35,490 nucleotides of DNA from Dehalococcoidia bacterium (GTDB taxonomy: Bacteria > Chloroflexota > Dehalococcoidia > GIF9 > AB-539-J10). The notes beneath the pieces were generated by a model. That model had not been told where the DNA came from. It was given only the letters and a program-made list of their open reading frames with translations, and did no database searches. Position numbers and translations under genes: made by a program. The stretch is taken from contig JALHUO010000052.1 of NCBI GenBank assembly GCA_022866545.1, forward strand, positions 1 to 35,490, given 5' to 3'. Below are positions 16,508 through 24,804 of this stretch, piece by piece (within the stretch, counting starts at the first letter, position 1; each line of letters starts with the position of its first letter).

Positions 16508-19240
16508 GTGGCCAAGGAAGGGACACCACTGTTGATGCTTTTTGACGGCAATGCCCTGGTGCACCGCGCCTTTCACGCTTTGCCTCCGCTAACCCAGCAC
16601 AAGACGGGGGAGCTGGTAAATGCCGTCTATGGCTTTGCCAGTACCTTGCTCAAAGTATTTGCCGATTTCAAGCCGACTCACTGGGCCATTGCCTTTGACC
16701 GTCCCACCCCGACCTTCAGACACAAAATGTTCGAAGAATACAAAGCCCAGCGCCCGGCCACGCCCGAGGAATTGAAAGGCCAGATAAGAAAAGTCCACCA
16801 GTTGGTGGCAGCCTTCCATATCCCCGTTTTTGAAATCGACGGCTTCGAGGCCGACGATATCCTGGGCACACTGAGCAGGCAGGCCGATGAGCAGGGCATT
16901 GAGACCATCATTGTTACCGGCGACAATGACATGCTGCAGGCCGTCTTACCTCGGGTGAAAGCTCTCGCCCCCCGGCGAAGCTTCACCGATACCGTCCTTT
17001 ACGATGAACAGGCAGTAGAGCAGAAATATGGCATCAAACCTGAACAACTTGCTGACCTGAAAGCGCTGGCCGGCGATGTCTCGGACAATATACCCGGCGT
17101 GCCCGGCGTCGGTGAGAAAACAGCCGCCAAATTACTTCAGCAATATGGCAGCCTCCAGGGAATCTACGACCATATTGAGGATATAACGCCGAGCAAGTTG
17201 CGGGACACGCTGCGCGAATATCGCAATCAGGCTTTCCGGAACAAGGAGCTATCCACGATAGTTAAAGATGTTCCTATCAAGCTGGACTTGAAGACCTGCC
17301 AGGTTAGCCACTACGACAGGAACGAGGTAGCGGGGCTTTTCCAGGAGCTTGAGTTTGTTAACCTGCTTCCCAGGCTGCCCCAGATGAGGGCCGAGGGCTT
17401 GCAGCCCTCCGTAGGGACGGGTCTTGTACCCGCCCACCCGTCGGCACTCAAGTGCCAAATGGTGAATACCGAGACAGCCCTGGGAGAACTCATAGGCGAC
17501 CTGGAAGAAGCACAAGATGTTGCTATCGAAGTTGAAACTACTGGCGAAAAGGCTGTAATCGCCGATTTGATAGGCATAGCCATGTCGCCAGGCCGGGGAA
17601 AGGCGTTCTATATACCTCTGGGGCACCAGGGCTTGAGCCAGCCGCCGCAACTGCCGCTGGCACAAGTCACAGGCCGGCTGAAGCCGGTTCTGGGAAACGC
17701 CAGCGTGGGGAAGGTCGCTTATGACAGTAAGCACGTTATGGCAGTGTTAGCTGGCTGCGGAATCAAGCTTGAGGATCTGAATTTCGACCCCATGCTCGCA
17801 GCCTATCTCCTCGGCGAAAAGAACCTGGGGCTCAAGGCGCTGGCCTTTAATAAACTGGGCATCGAGATTGCGACCCCTGCTGAGTTAACCGGCACAGGCA
17901 AGAAACAACGCTCCCTGGCCCTACTGGAGGCAAGCCGGGTTGCCGACTATGCCTGCGCCAGCGTGAACGTCCTCTGGAGCTTGAAGGAGTATTTGGAGAC
18001 CGAGCTGCGGCAGCAGGGAGTGTGGCAGCTTTTCACCGAAGTAGAGATGGCTTTGGTGCCGGTGTTAGCAGCCATGGAAGATAAGGGGATTCTTCTGGAT
18101 ACCGACCTGCTCCGCGAGATGTCCCTGGAGATGGGCAAGGAGCTGCTCAGGCTGGAGAAGGAAATCTACAGCAGTGTCGGGCACCAGTTCAATATCAATT
18201 CGCCCCAGCAATTGGGCAAGGTGCTTTTCGAGGACCTCCGGCTGCCCCAATCCCGCAGAACGAAAACCGGCTATTCCACCGAAGCCTCGGTCATGGAGGC
18301 GTTGAGAGGCGTTCATCCTGTAATTGAACTCATACTGCAGTACCGTCAGCTCAGCAAGCTCAAGTCAACCTATGTCGATGCCCTGCCCGCCCTTATCAAC
18401 CGCAGGACGAAGAGGGTGCATACCACCTTCAACCAGACAGGGACGACTACCGGCCGGCTCTCTTCCAGCGACCCCAACCTCCAGAACATACCGATAAGGA
18501 CCGAGATGGGGAACAAGATAAGGAAAGCCATCATAGCTGCGCCCGGGACATATCTCTTGAGCGCCGACTATTCTCAGATTGACCTCAGGGTCCTGGCCCA
18601 CCTCTCGCAGGACCCCGGCCTCATCGCCGCCTTCGCTCAGGACGAGGATATCCATGCCAGTACCGCCTCTAGACTCCTGGGCATCCCTGAAAAAGAGGTG
18701 ACCTCTGAGATGCGCCGTAATGCCAAGACGGTCAATTTCGGGGTCATTTATGGTATGAGCGATTACGGATTGGAGCAAGCCACCAAGCTCAGCCGGGAGG
18801 AAGCCGCCCAATTCATCGCCCTCTATTTCGAGAAATATCCCAAGGTGAAGGAATATCTGGAGGCCACCAAGGAGCAAGCCCGCAAGCTGGGCTATGTACA
18901 AACGGTGTTGGGGAGGAGGCGGTTCCTGCCTGAAATCAACTCTGCCAACCGGATGGTCAGGGAGGCCGCCGAGCGCATGGCCATAAATGCCCCGGTGCAG
19001 GGCAGCTCTGCCGACATTATTAAGATCGCCATGATAAACCTGCATCGGGAGATGGAGAAACGAAACTTCAAGAGCAAGATGCTGTTGCAGATACACGACG
19101 AGTTGCTCTTCGAGGTGCCCGAGGCAGAGGTGGAGGTCATGAAGTCCCTGGTTAGCGACCTCATGCCCCGGGCTTATGAGCTTTGCGTCCCTGTCAAGAT
19201 AGACATCAAGCTGGGCAAGAACTGGGCCGAGATGAAGTAG
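16508..19240 (+). CDS. polA: DNA polymerase I
   Basis: 5'-3' exonuclease (DGNALVHRAFHA, GFEADD, GDVSDNIPGVPGVGEKTA); polymerase motifs TGRLSSSDPNLQNIP, ADYSQIDLR, RRNAKTVNFG, LQIHDEL. Confidence 0.97.
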   Translation: MAKEGTPLLMLFDGNALVHRAFHALPPLTQHKTGELVNAVYGFASTLLKVFADFKPTHWAIAFDRPTPTFRHKMFEEYKAQRPATPEELKGQIRKVHQLVAAFHIPVFEIDGFEADDILGTLSRQADEQGIETIIVTGDNDMLQAVLPRVKALAPRRSFTDTVLYDEQAVEQKYGIKPEQLADLKALAGDVSDNIPGVPGVGEKTAAKLLQQYGSLQGIYDHIEDITPSKLRDTLREYRNQAFRNKELSTIVKDVPIKLDLKTCQVSHYDRNEVAGLFQELEFVNLLPRLPQMRAEGLQPSVGTGLVPAHPSALKCQMVNTETALGELIGDLEEAQDVAIEVETTGEKAVIADLIGIAMSPGRGKAFYIPLGHQGLSQPPQLPLAQVTGRLKPVLGNASVGKVAYDSKHVMAVLAGCGIKLEDLNFDPMLAAYLLGEKNLGLKALAFNKLGIEIATPAELTGTGKKQRSLALLEASRVADYACASVNVLWSLKEYLETELRQQGVWQLFTEVEMALVPVLAAMEDKGILLDTDLLREMSLEMGKELLRLEKEIYSSVGHQFNINSPQQLGKVLFEDLRLPQSRRTKTGYSTEASVMEALRGVHPVIELILQYRQLSKLKSTYVDALPALINRRTKRVHTTFNQTGTTTGRLSSSDPNLQNIPIRTEMGNKIRKAIIAAPGTYLLSADYSQIDLRVLAHLSQDPGLIAAFAQDEDIHASTASRLLGIPEKEVTSEMRRNAKTVNFGVIYGMSDYGLEQATKLSREEAAQFIALYFEKYPKVKEYLEATKEQARKLGYVQTVLGRRRFLPEINSANRMVREAAERMAINAPVQGSSADIIKIAMINLHREMEKRNFKSKMLLQIHDELLFEVPEAEVEVMKSLVSDLMPRAYELCVPVKIDIKLGKNWAEMK
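17411..17435 (+). repeat. GTAG-type REP-like palindrome in frame within polA
   Basis: GTAG GGACGGGT CTTGT ACCCGCCC, encoding VGTGLVPA. Confidence 0.65.
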
Positions 19241-19248
19241 GGCGGGGC

Positions 19249-19842
19249 ATGCTGTTCACAACGGGATCTGATGAGAAAAAAGGAACAAGGCCAGCACCCT
19301 TGATTGGCCGGCGCGTCTGCTTGAGGGCCCTGAGGAGAGGAGACCTGGTCCATCTGCGAAAATGGCTAGAAGATGCTGAGATTAGAGGGCTGATAGGCGA
19401 AGTCTCGTCGATGAGCAAGGAGGACTCTGAGAGATTCCTTGAGAAGGTTCGGGGCGACGCCAAAAGAGCATGGTTTATGGTGGTCGTCAAGGAGGACAAC
19501 AGGGTGATTGGAGAGGCTGGCTTGTTGAGGATGGACCGCGCTTGGCGTACAACAGATATAAGTGTTATCGTCTGGGAGAGAGAAGAATGGGATAAGGGGT
19601 ATGGGACTGAAGCAGTTCTTCTCTTGCTTGACCATGCTTTCAGGCATCTCGGCTTCCACAGGGCGGCCGTAGGAGTGGTCGGCTTCAATGAAAGGGCGCT
19701 ACGCTTCTGGACAAAGATTGGCTTCAGGAAAGAGGGCGTCCAGAGAGATGGATATTATTATGACGGCAAGTATCATGGCTTTGTCTTGATGAGCATTCTC
19801 GACGATGAGTTCAGGGAGCTTCACGGGGGAAATAGCAGTTAG
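19249..19842 (+). CDS. GNAT family acetyltransferase (RimJ/RimL-like)
   Basis: WDKGYGTEA, FNERALRFWTKIGFRKEG, DGKYH motifs. Confidence 0.88.
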   Translation: MLFTTGSDEKKGTRPAPLIGRRVCLRALRRGDLVHLRKWLEDAEIRGLIGEVSSMSKEDSERFLEKVRGDAKRAWFMVVVKEDNRVIGEAGLLRMDRAWRTTDISVIVWEREEWDKGYGTEAVLLLLDHAFRHLGFHRAAVGVVGFNERALRFWTKIGFRKEGVQRDGYYYDGKYHGFVLMSILDDEFRELHGGNSS

Positions 19843-19884
19843 GCGTCAGGCTGAAGCTGTACGACAAGAAAAAGGAGGCAAAGA

Positions 19885-20241
19885 GTGAAAGAAAACATGG
19901 TCGCTTTCTGTGGAATCACGTGCAACGATTGTCGCGCGTTCACTGCAACGCAGAGAAACGACACAGATCTCAAGAAAGAGGTTGCCAAGGCGTGGTCGAC
20001 AGAGAAGGAGATTCTCAAACCGGAGGATATTAAGTGCGATGGATGTCTGCCGACTGGGCGAAGACTGTTCAAATTCTGTGAGATTTGCGAGGTACGACGC
20101 TGTGGATGTGAAAAGGGTGTTGAAAACTGTGCTCATTGCCGTGAGTTTCCTTGTGAGAAACTCACTGGCCTCTGGAAACGCTTCAAGATTACCGAAGCGA
20201 AAGCAACTCTCGAGGGAATAAGAAAGAAGCTCCGGGCCTGA
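19885..20241 (+). CDS. DUF3795-like small Cys-rich protein
   Basis: AFCGITCNDC, CDGC, CEICEVRRC, NCAHCREFPC; AAGGAGG RBS before GTG. Confidence 0.82.
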   Translation: MKENMVAFCGITCNDCRAFTATQRNDTDLKKEVAKAWSTEKEILKPEDIKCDGCLPTGRRLFKFCEICEVRRCGCEKGVENCAHCREFPCEKLTGLWKRFKITEAKATLEGIRKKLRA

Positions 20242-20367
20242 TACGCAGCAAAATTGACTTAGCGGCAATATGTGGTTGTGCCTGGCCGGAATGCCGACAA
20301 GTTGGGGCCTCGCTTCTCGAAAGATAAGATATATGAATAGCCGGGGCTCGACAGGAGGACTCAAGAG

Positions 20368-21189
20368 ATGCCGGAACTGCCTGAGGTAGAGACGATTAAG
20401 AACGAGCTTGCGCCCTGGGTTGTGGGGCAAAGCTTTACGAAAGTCACCATCTCTGATGCCAGACTGGTGTGCGGTGGTTCCACTCAGGGAGTCCGTCGCG
20501 GCTTAGTCGGGCATAAAGTAGAAAGCCTGGGGCGCCGGGGGAAGTATCTAATCTTTCACCTGTCGAATGGCAGGTCGCTGATTATTCATCTCAGGATGAC
20601 CGGCAGCTTGCTGCTAAATCCCGAAGGAGTTGACCGCTATGCCCGGGCGGTCTTTCATCTCTCCAACGGGCACCGCCTTGTTTTCAGGGATCGGCGTCGA
20701 CTGGGGGTGATGTGGCTGGTGGATGATGCCGATACCGTGGTCTGCAAGCTGGGTCCCGAGCCCCTGGACAAGAGCTTCACCGCGGCCGTTCTGAGGAAAA
20801 GACTAAGCCGGCATCACATTCCGATAAAAGCCGCCCTTCTCGACCAGCATATCATCGCGGGAATCGGCAACATGTATGCCGATGAAGCCCTCTTTGCCGC
20901 TCGCATTCACCCCCTGAGGAAGACAGACGACTTGTCATCTGCGGAAGTGCGAACTTTACATAATTGCATCCGTAAGATTCTTCGGGCAGCCATCGGCAGC
21001 AAAGGCGCCAGCGTGGATACCTACGTCCGCCCCGAGGGCGAGCCGGGCACAGCCCATTTTGATTTCAAGGTTGCTCATAAGGGGGGCGAACCCTGCCCTG
21101 TTTGCGACAGCACCATCGAGCGGGTCGCGGTGCAGAACCGTGGCACCTGCTTTTGCCCCAGATGTCAGCCCTTGGTTCCAGTCCTCTGA
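20368..21189 (+). CDS. mutM: Formamidopyrimidine-DNA glycosylase
   Basis: N-terminal MPELPEVET, RRGKYL, HLRMTG, GIGNMYADE, C-terminal CPVC...CPRCQ zinc finger; AGGAGG RBS. Confidence 0.97.
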   Translation: MPELPEVETIKNELAPWVVGQSFTKVTISDARLVCGGSTQGVRRGLVGHKVESLGRRGKYLIFHLSNGRSLIIHLRMTGSLLLNPEGVDRYARAVFHLSNGHRLVFRDRRRLGVMWLVDDADTVVCKLGPEPLDKSFTAAVLRKRLSRHHIPIKAALLDQHIIAGIGNMYADEALFAARIHPLRKTDDLSSAEVRTLHNCIRKILRAAIGSKGASVDTYVRPEGEPGTAHFDFKVAHKGGEPCPVCDSTIERVAVQNRGTCFCPRCQPLVPVL

Positions 21190-21429
21190 TAGAAAAGTCG
21201 GCAACGACGGGATTTGTACCAGCGACCAAAGGCTCATAATAGTCAGGCCTCGGAAGCTGAATTACATAGCGTCTTTGAATTCACGCTGCGATAACAAGCA
21301 TCCGGGTGTTGTGGTTTCAGAGACCGCCGGGAATAGTGGCTTCTTCAGCCGTTATCCCTTCGTCTTGAATAACGTCTCAAGAGGGGCTCGGACAGATAAT
21401 CTTTCCACGCTTTCGCGCCCATCGCCAAC

Positions 21430-23148
21430 CTACTCAGTCATGGCATACTCGCCATTCAGAACGGAAACATAGTGCTGCCATACACTGCCATATTGCTCGG
21501 AATTTGGCACTGCCTTAATAAGCATGATTCTGACACAATAATCTCGTTGTGCATCCTTGGAACTATGATTGCCGTAGATTTGCATGGCAAATCGAGCAAA
21601 GTCACGCACCATAAAATCAAACATCTGGTTCAGAATGTCCGAATCGGTTCGGCTGATACTGGCCTGCTCGAGGATGAGCTGGCCGTACACAACAATGGAG
21701 AACATCTCGCCCAAAGGCAGGGACCACGAGGGGTCCATATCCTGGGCCTCGTCCGGGCCCGCCTTTTCCAGCATCTCCCTGAAAATAGCTATTTGCTTCA
21801 TGAAGGCAGCCACATTGGGCAGGCCCTTATTTGCCTCGAAGACAGGCTTGTAATCGTGGAACTGTATTTTCCCCAGTCCCTTGGTGGGGCCCTGATTGAA
21901 GAGGAACAGGTCGTCTTTTTCCGAAAGGTCGGGAGCTACCGGTGGATACTCGGCGGGGTTGAAGAAGTAATTTCGCATGAACTTGCGGATAAGCTGGATG
22001 TTCACGTGGACCGTTCCCTCGAGCTTGGATGGGCCCATGATGTCGGCGGCCGCCATGTGAAAGTAGGTGTCCTTTTCGAATCCCTTGGCTGCAATCACTT
22101 CCCAGAGCAGGCTGACCACCTCTTCGGCCTGCAAGGTCACCTTCATCTTGCTTGTGGGGTTGTAGAGCAGGTAGCGGCGGTCGTTCTGGCTGGAATTCCT
22201 GAAATAGTCAGTGGCGCGGCGCTGATAGAGCTTCATGCCCACCAGGCGCAGCCAGGCATCCATGAAATTCTTCCGCACGTGGGGCATGTCCGTGACCCGT
22301 ATGCCGTAGAGGGTGCGGTTGGAGGCATGGGTGATGGCCTCGTAGAAGCAGTGTTCAGCGACCCCGATGGATCCGGGCCCGATGTTGAATTTGCCGATGT
22401 TCACGGTGTTGAGCGCGCAGTCCCAGGCATGGGAGCCCCGGGAGAGGATGTCGTCCTTTGTGATGGGATAGTTGTGCAGAGCGAAGTTGGACACGTATTC
22501 CTGGTGAGAGACCACGTTCTTCTTGAGCTCGTAGGCTTTGTGGCGGTAGTTGGTGACGAAGAAGGTATAGTCGTCCGTGCCGTCCTTGATCTTGCCCAGG
22601 GTGGACACCATTTCCGCCTCATTGCCGTTACCGATGTAGTATTTTTCGCCGTTCGCCACCCATGTGCCGTCAGGAATTGGTGTCAGGAAGGTTTCCGTGG
22701 AATAAATGTCGGCGCCGTGGTCCCTCTCGGAAAGGCCGAAGGCAAAGATCGCCCCTTCCTTCAGGAGCCTGGCCGCTTTCATTTTCGCCTTTTCATTCTG
22801 GCTCATCCAGATTGGGCCCAGGCCCAGGATGGTCACCTGGAAGCAGTACCAGTAGCCCAGGCCGTAGAAGGACAGAAGTTCGGCATATTCACTGTTGCGG
22901 GCCGTGTCCCACCGACAATCGGGATCTCCGCCCGCATATTCCTTAGGCGTCAGCAGCTTGGCAAAGATCTGCTCCTTACCGATAAATTCGACAAACTCCC
23001 TGTACCAGACCTTCTTGGTGTAATCATCGAGAATCCTTGCCTTGCCCATCTTTTCGAAGAAGGCAATAGTCTTGTTCATGATGGCTCCTGATCCCTCGTC
23101 GGCCATGAGGCTTTTGTACTTCTTTGGCTGTAGTAGATAATTCATCAT
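21430..23148 (-). CDS. Acyl-CoA dehydrogenase family protein
   Basis: FGLSERDHGAD, ANGEKYYIGNG, KLEGT (catalytic Glu position). Confidence 0.9.
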   Translation of the reverse strand: MMNYLLQPKKYKSLMADEGSGAIMNKTIAFFEKMGKARILDDYTKKVWYREFVEFIGKEQIFAKLLTPKEYAGGDPDCRWDTARNSEYAELLSFYGLGYWYCFQVTILGLGPIWMSQNEKAKMKAARLLKEGAIFAFGLSERDHGADIYSTETFLTPIPDGTWVANGEKYYIGNGNEAEMVSTLGKIKDGTDDYTFFVTNYRHKAYELKKNVVSHQEYVSNFALHNYPITKDDILSRGSHAWDCALNTVNIGKFNIGPGSIGVAEHCFYEAITHASNRTLYGIRVTDMPHVRKNFMDAWLRLVGMKLYQRRATDYFRNSSQNDRRYLLYNPTSKMKVTLQAEEVVSLLWEVIAAKGFEKDTYFHMAAADIMGPSKLEGTVHVNIQLIRKFMRNYFFNPAEYPPVAPDLSEKDDLFLFNQGPTKGLGKIQFHDYKPVFEANKGLPNVAAFMKQIAIFREMLEKAGPDEAQDMDPSWSLPLGEMFSIVVYGQLILEQASISRTDSDILNQMFDFMVRDFARFAMQIYGNHSSKDAQRDYCVRIMLIKAVPNSEQYGSVWQHYVSVLNGEYAMTE

Positions 23149-23227
23149 TTCTCCGCTCCTGCTCGGTGGTTCAAGAACTTTACTAGAATCAGTCTATGCC
23201 GGTCAAGAATATTCTGCTACATAGTCA

Positions 23228-23321
23228 CAGAGCCATGGCACCTACTTCTGTCCCGGATGCCAGCATTTTGGTTCCGGCCCCTGCTACAAGAGCTGGCAAC
23301 AGCGAGCCTTGCACCAGCGAC
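23228..23321 (+). repeat. Degenerate direct repeat of the mutM 3' end and downstream sequence (copy 2)
   Basis: Aligns with 21133-21227; encodes QSHGTYFCPGCQ versus mutM QNRGTCFCPRCQ and continues into the non-coding ..GGCAAC..ACCAGCGAC. Confidence 0.85.
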
Positions 23322-23433
23322 TGAAAACTTCCCGATCCCTGAGTTCATCCAGCGGTATCTTTACCCTACGGATGACCTTGGCGATACCCCGGTGAATTTC
23401 TATGCTATCCTCAAGCTTCGCTGAGCTAGCGAG

Positions 23434-23442
23434 TGTTATAAT
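23434..23442 (+). promoter_or_regulatory. Extended -10 promoter element for the radical SAM operon
   Basis: TGTTATAAT upstream of GGAGGAG RBS and ATG 23509. Confidence 0.6.
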
Positions 23443-23508
23443 CTAAGCATAAGATTTAGTCTGCAAATTCATAGGATAGTCTGGGGTTATGAAGAGGGAG
23501 GAGTACAG

Positions 23509-24804
23509 ATGAGTAAACAAGGCGTCAAGCATATAACGGTACCGGGACTCAGGCTACATCTGAGAAGGGGTGATAACCAGAATATTCTCTGGATAAACAG
23601 CCAAAAGGTGTTGATACTTAATGCTACAGCAGCCGACTATGTCGAAGCATATATCGATGCCATGCGTTCAACCTCGCAATTTGACCAGGGGGCAGTTAAA
23701 TCCAAGATCGTAGAAGCAATAGAAGAGAAATACCCCACAGTCACTAAGGAGAGAATACTCAGCGATTTCGATACTTTGTATGCTCAAGTACTTGCCATAG
23801 CTGAGAACAAATGTCCGGTCTATGACCTGGGAATCGGGCAGCAAGTCATAGATATGAACAAACTAGCCGCACCGCCAAGAGTAGACCTGGCGCTCACTTA
23901 TAGATGCAACAATAAATGTTCGTACTGCTATACGGGTGGCTCGCGTAAGACCAGGGAATTAGACACGACGGATTGGACACAAATACTCGATAAGCTCTGG
24001 AAAGCCGGGGTGCCTCAAGTAGTATTTACCGGTGGAGAGCCTACATTAAGAGACGACCTGGTCGCGCTGGTGGGTCATGCTCAGGAGTTCGTGACTGGCC
24101 TGGTTACAAACGGACGTTTACTGCCGAAGCTATCTAAAAGCTTGAAGGACGCAAGCTTAGACTACGTGCAGGTTAGTATTGAATCCAATGACCAGTCCAT
24201 ACACGATGAGATGACCGGTGTGTCCGGCTCCTGGGCAGAGACTGTAAGTGGGATCCGGGCAGCAGTAAAAGAGGGTCTGAATGTCTATACCAATACGACT
24301 CTTACCAGGCGTAATGCGGACCATTTCGCCTCTACTATGGAATTCCTGGCCTCCCTGGGGGTCAAAGGGATAGCCTGTAACAGCCTGATATGCAGCGGCC
24401 TGGGGTGTAAGGCGATTGAAAAGGATGGGCTGAGCGAGGAAATGCTGAAGGGCGTCCTGAAAAATGCCTGTGCAAAAGCCAAAGAGCTGAAGATAGAGTT
24501 TAACTGGTACACCCCCACCTGCTACAAGAAGTTGAATCCCATAGATTTAGGCTTGGGAACAAAAAGCTGCTCGGCTGCTCAGTATAATCTGACCATCGAG
24601 CCGGACGGGACTGTTATTCCCTGTCAGTCGCTCTTCAACCACAAACTGGGGCATATCAAGAAGGATAGCTGGGAAAAGATCTGGGGCAATAAGTTCGCGA
24701 AGAAGATCAGAAATCACTACTTCATCAGCGATGAATGTAAGTCCTGTAACTTGCTGGAAACTTGCGGGGGTAGCTGTCCCCTGGCGACAGGAGAATTGAA
24801 ATGA
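23509..24804 (+). CDS. Radical SAM/SPASM domain protein with putative N-terminal RRE/PqqD-like domain
   Basis: CNNKCSYC (CxxxCxxC), FTGGEP, TNG; SPASM CSAA..IEPDGTVIPC..LG..CKSCNLLETCGGSCP; about 110-aa N-terminal extension with LILNATAA. Confidence 0.93.
   Translation: MSKQGVKHITVPGLRLHLRRGDNQNILWINSQKVLILNATAADYVEAYIDAMRSTSQFDQGAVKSKIVEAIEEKYPTVTKERILSDFDTLYAQVLAIAENKCPVYDLGIGQQVIDMNKLAAPPRVDLALTYRCNNKCSYCYTGGSRKTRELDTTDWTQILDKLWKAGVPQVVFTGGEPTLRDDLVALVGHAQEFVTGLVTNGRLLPKLSKSLKDASLDYVQVSIESNDQSIHDEMTGVSGSWAETVSGIRAAVKEGLNVYTNTTLTRRNADHFASTMEFLASLGVKGIACNSLICSGLGCKAIEKDGLSEEMLKGVLKNACAKAKELKIEFNWYTPTCYKKLNPIDLGLGTKSCSAAQYNLTIEPDGTVIPCQSLFNHKLGHIKKDSWEKIWGNKFAKKIRNHYFISDECKSCNLLETCGGSCPLATGELK

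Noticed and set aside
18365-19096. 243-aa minus-strand ORF within polA
   Set aside because: Antisense shadow of a conserved gene.
21472-23091. 539-aa plus-strand ORF antisense to the acyl-CoA dehydrogenase
   Set aside because: Shadow ORF fully overlapping a motif-bearing gene, with no recognisable motifs; expected from GC-biased codon usage.
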